Positions 62,653 through 64,000 of a stretch of 64,000 bases of DNA are shown here, in pieces; positions within the stretch are counted from its first letter, which is position 1, and every line of letters starts with the position of its first letter. Source of the DNA: Catajapyx aquilonaris (taxonomy: Eukaryota); NCBI GenBank assembly GCA_000934665.2, contig KZ538452.1:1-64000 (forward strand). Direction: 5' to 3'. The translations under genes were made by a program, and so were the position numbers. The notes under the pieces are model-generated. The model had not been told where the DNA came from. It did no database searches and saw only the letters and a list, made by a program, of their open reading frames with translations.

Positions 62653-63062
62653 CGCGACTTTAGCCAGGCCACCAGACGGTTGTAAATATTATGTGAGCGT
62701 AGGTATGTTTTCTTAGCAAAAAACTTCCGCATAGTGTGAAATCTGCGCCAGGTTTTCCACCCACCATCTGGCAGTGCAAGGCAAGGCTTTCCACCTGCCC
62801 TCCTGTTTGGGAAGTTGGCCGACAGGTGCAAAGCAGCACAAGCATCTCAAAGTCATCTGCTGCCTCCAAGGGCGCACAGATTTATTGAGCACGCAGAGGT
62901 TGGAGGAGCCCCAAAAAAAGGTAAAAAATAAGAATTGCTGCCTGCAGGCCAAGGTACGACGCGTGGCCTTTCTTGCACCTGCCGGCTCTCTCTTGGTCAT
63001 CCAGTATGCTTGTTGCTAGTGGGCTGCGCGTGCCATCCATTGGAATTTCTTCACTGCTCTAG
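62653..63062 (+). pseudogene. Decayed hAT (Tip100/ZMYM1-like) transposase N-terminal fragment
   Basis: With frameshifts and stops: RDFS..., SA*CEIC (62735-62746), KQH.ASQSH (62831-62856, TTF zinc-finger HExSxxH-like), VAFLAPAG/LSLGH (FLAxxGLALRGH-like) and NFFTAL (GNF-like). The motifs occur in the expected order. Confidence 0.5.
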
Positions 63063-63399
63063 GCGGGCCTATCAAGAATGAAAAACGCGGGGTTTCGCCA
63101 AATATACTGCAGATGTTCAAGCTACAGGCTGATGGAATGCTACTAGGCAAAATTGGGCGCTCGCAAAAAATTAATGAAGTTAACTCTTTTTAAAAACTTC
63201 GATTAAAAAAAACATTAGTGTGAAATAATTGAAGCTATTACCAAGCCTATTCTTACCAAGTTATAGGTTAAATTATTTTCCAATAATCGCCAGTAGGGCT
63301 ACATTAAAAGCGAGTCTGGGTTGTTAAACCTGGCCCTAATAGGATGGCAATTCACAGTCTTGGAGGTAAATATCTCTCTGGATAAAACAGCGTGAATGA

Positions 63400-63800
63400 A
63401 ACGGCTGCCACATTCCTCGGGAACCCACCTTTTGTCCGGTCGATGAAAAGACCGAGATTCTCCGGGTGGCGAAGACATTTTGGGCGGATAGGCTCATTAG
63501 CAGGCGAATCCCTCTTGTAGGTGTGGAGTAGGAGGTGAAGAAGCTATCTTCAGACCTCCCTCTCCTCCATTTCCAACAAGAGGGAAACCCCGAGGGGGTA
63601 ACCAGCAAGTCGTTAGTTAATAGAATCGCCCCGAGTTACACTCGGGAGAGTCAAGGGTTGGTCACACAAAGTTGAGAGTGACTGTAGGGGTTAACCTTCC
63701 CCCATCTACCAACGGATTAAAGTGGTCCCATCCTTGCGACTCAATCAGGCCCTCCAAGGAAAAGGAATTGGCCTTAGCGGGTACCCATGCAACCTCGCAT
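63400..63800 (+). pseudogene. Possible decayed non-LTR retrotransposon ORF2 C-terminal fragment (R1-like)
   Basis: ILRVAKTF, ESQGLVT and PIYQRIKVVPSLRLNQALQGKG loosely follow the order of the post-RT motifs LRVxxAYRT, SKGRxT and TQxLTGHG. Heavily degenerate. Confidence 0.3.
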
Positions 63801-64000
63801 GTCCTGTTATGGGGATGGATCCCATCGTGTACGGTCTCGAGGTTTCCGTGAGATTTTTGGGGGAGCCTGCGGAAATTGACGTGCATCTCTCTTCAGGTGT
63901 GCAGCCTGTCGATGGGTAGCTAGTACCGCCTCGAGAGTATATGCAATGGCTTCGGAACTGAATGGTGCCAACAGCACAAAGCGGTCATGTCATCTGCAGA

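Overview
Eukaryotic, AT-rich, repeat-rich DNA that looks arthropod (inferred from gene and repeat types). Most ORFs in the supplied track are chance ORFs. Two host genes are supported, both on the minus strand. (1) The last exon of a C2H2 zinc-finger gene (1998-2569). (2) A multi-exon, Beat-related two-Ig-domain cell-surface protein rebuilt by hand from GT-AG sites and exon phases: 40928-40551, 34455-34326, 34252-34077, stalk exon 26409-26317 (possibly also 33630-33592 and 21838-21773), and a GPI-signal-like last exon 17707-17625. Its signal-peptide exon was not confidently found. The rest is introns and intergenic DNA with many small mobile elements: an internally deleted mariner, five TA-flanked CAGGGTG MITEs, a TTAA-flanked Kolobok-type MITE, a hAT-type mini-MITE, a CCC-ended (EnSpm/CACTA-like) element with two hairpin tandem arrays, tRNA-derived SINEs, and decayed hAT and LINE fragments. 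The most unusual observation is a 291/371-bp hairpin element present twice. Each copy has its own 8-bp target-site duplication and CA...TG ends but no real TIRs, and each is nested inside a MITE of a different superfamily. No CRISPR array, rRNA or intact transposase was seen. All family assignments come from motif recognition, not database searches.
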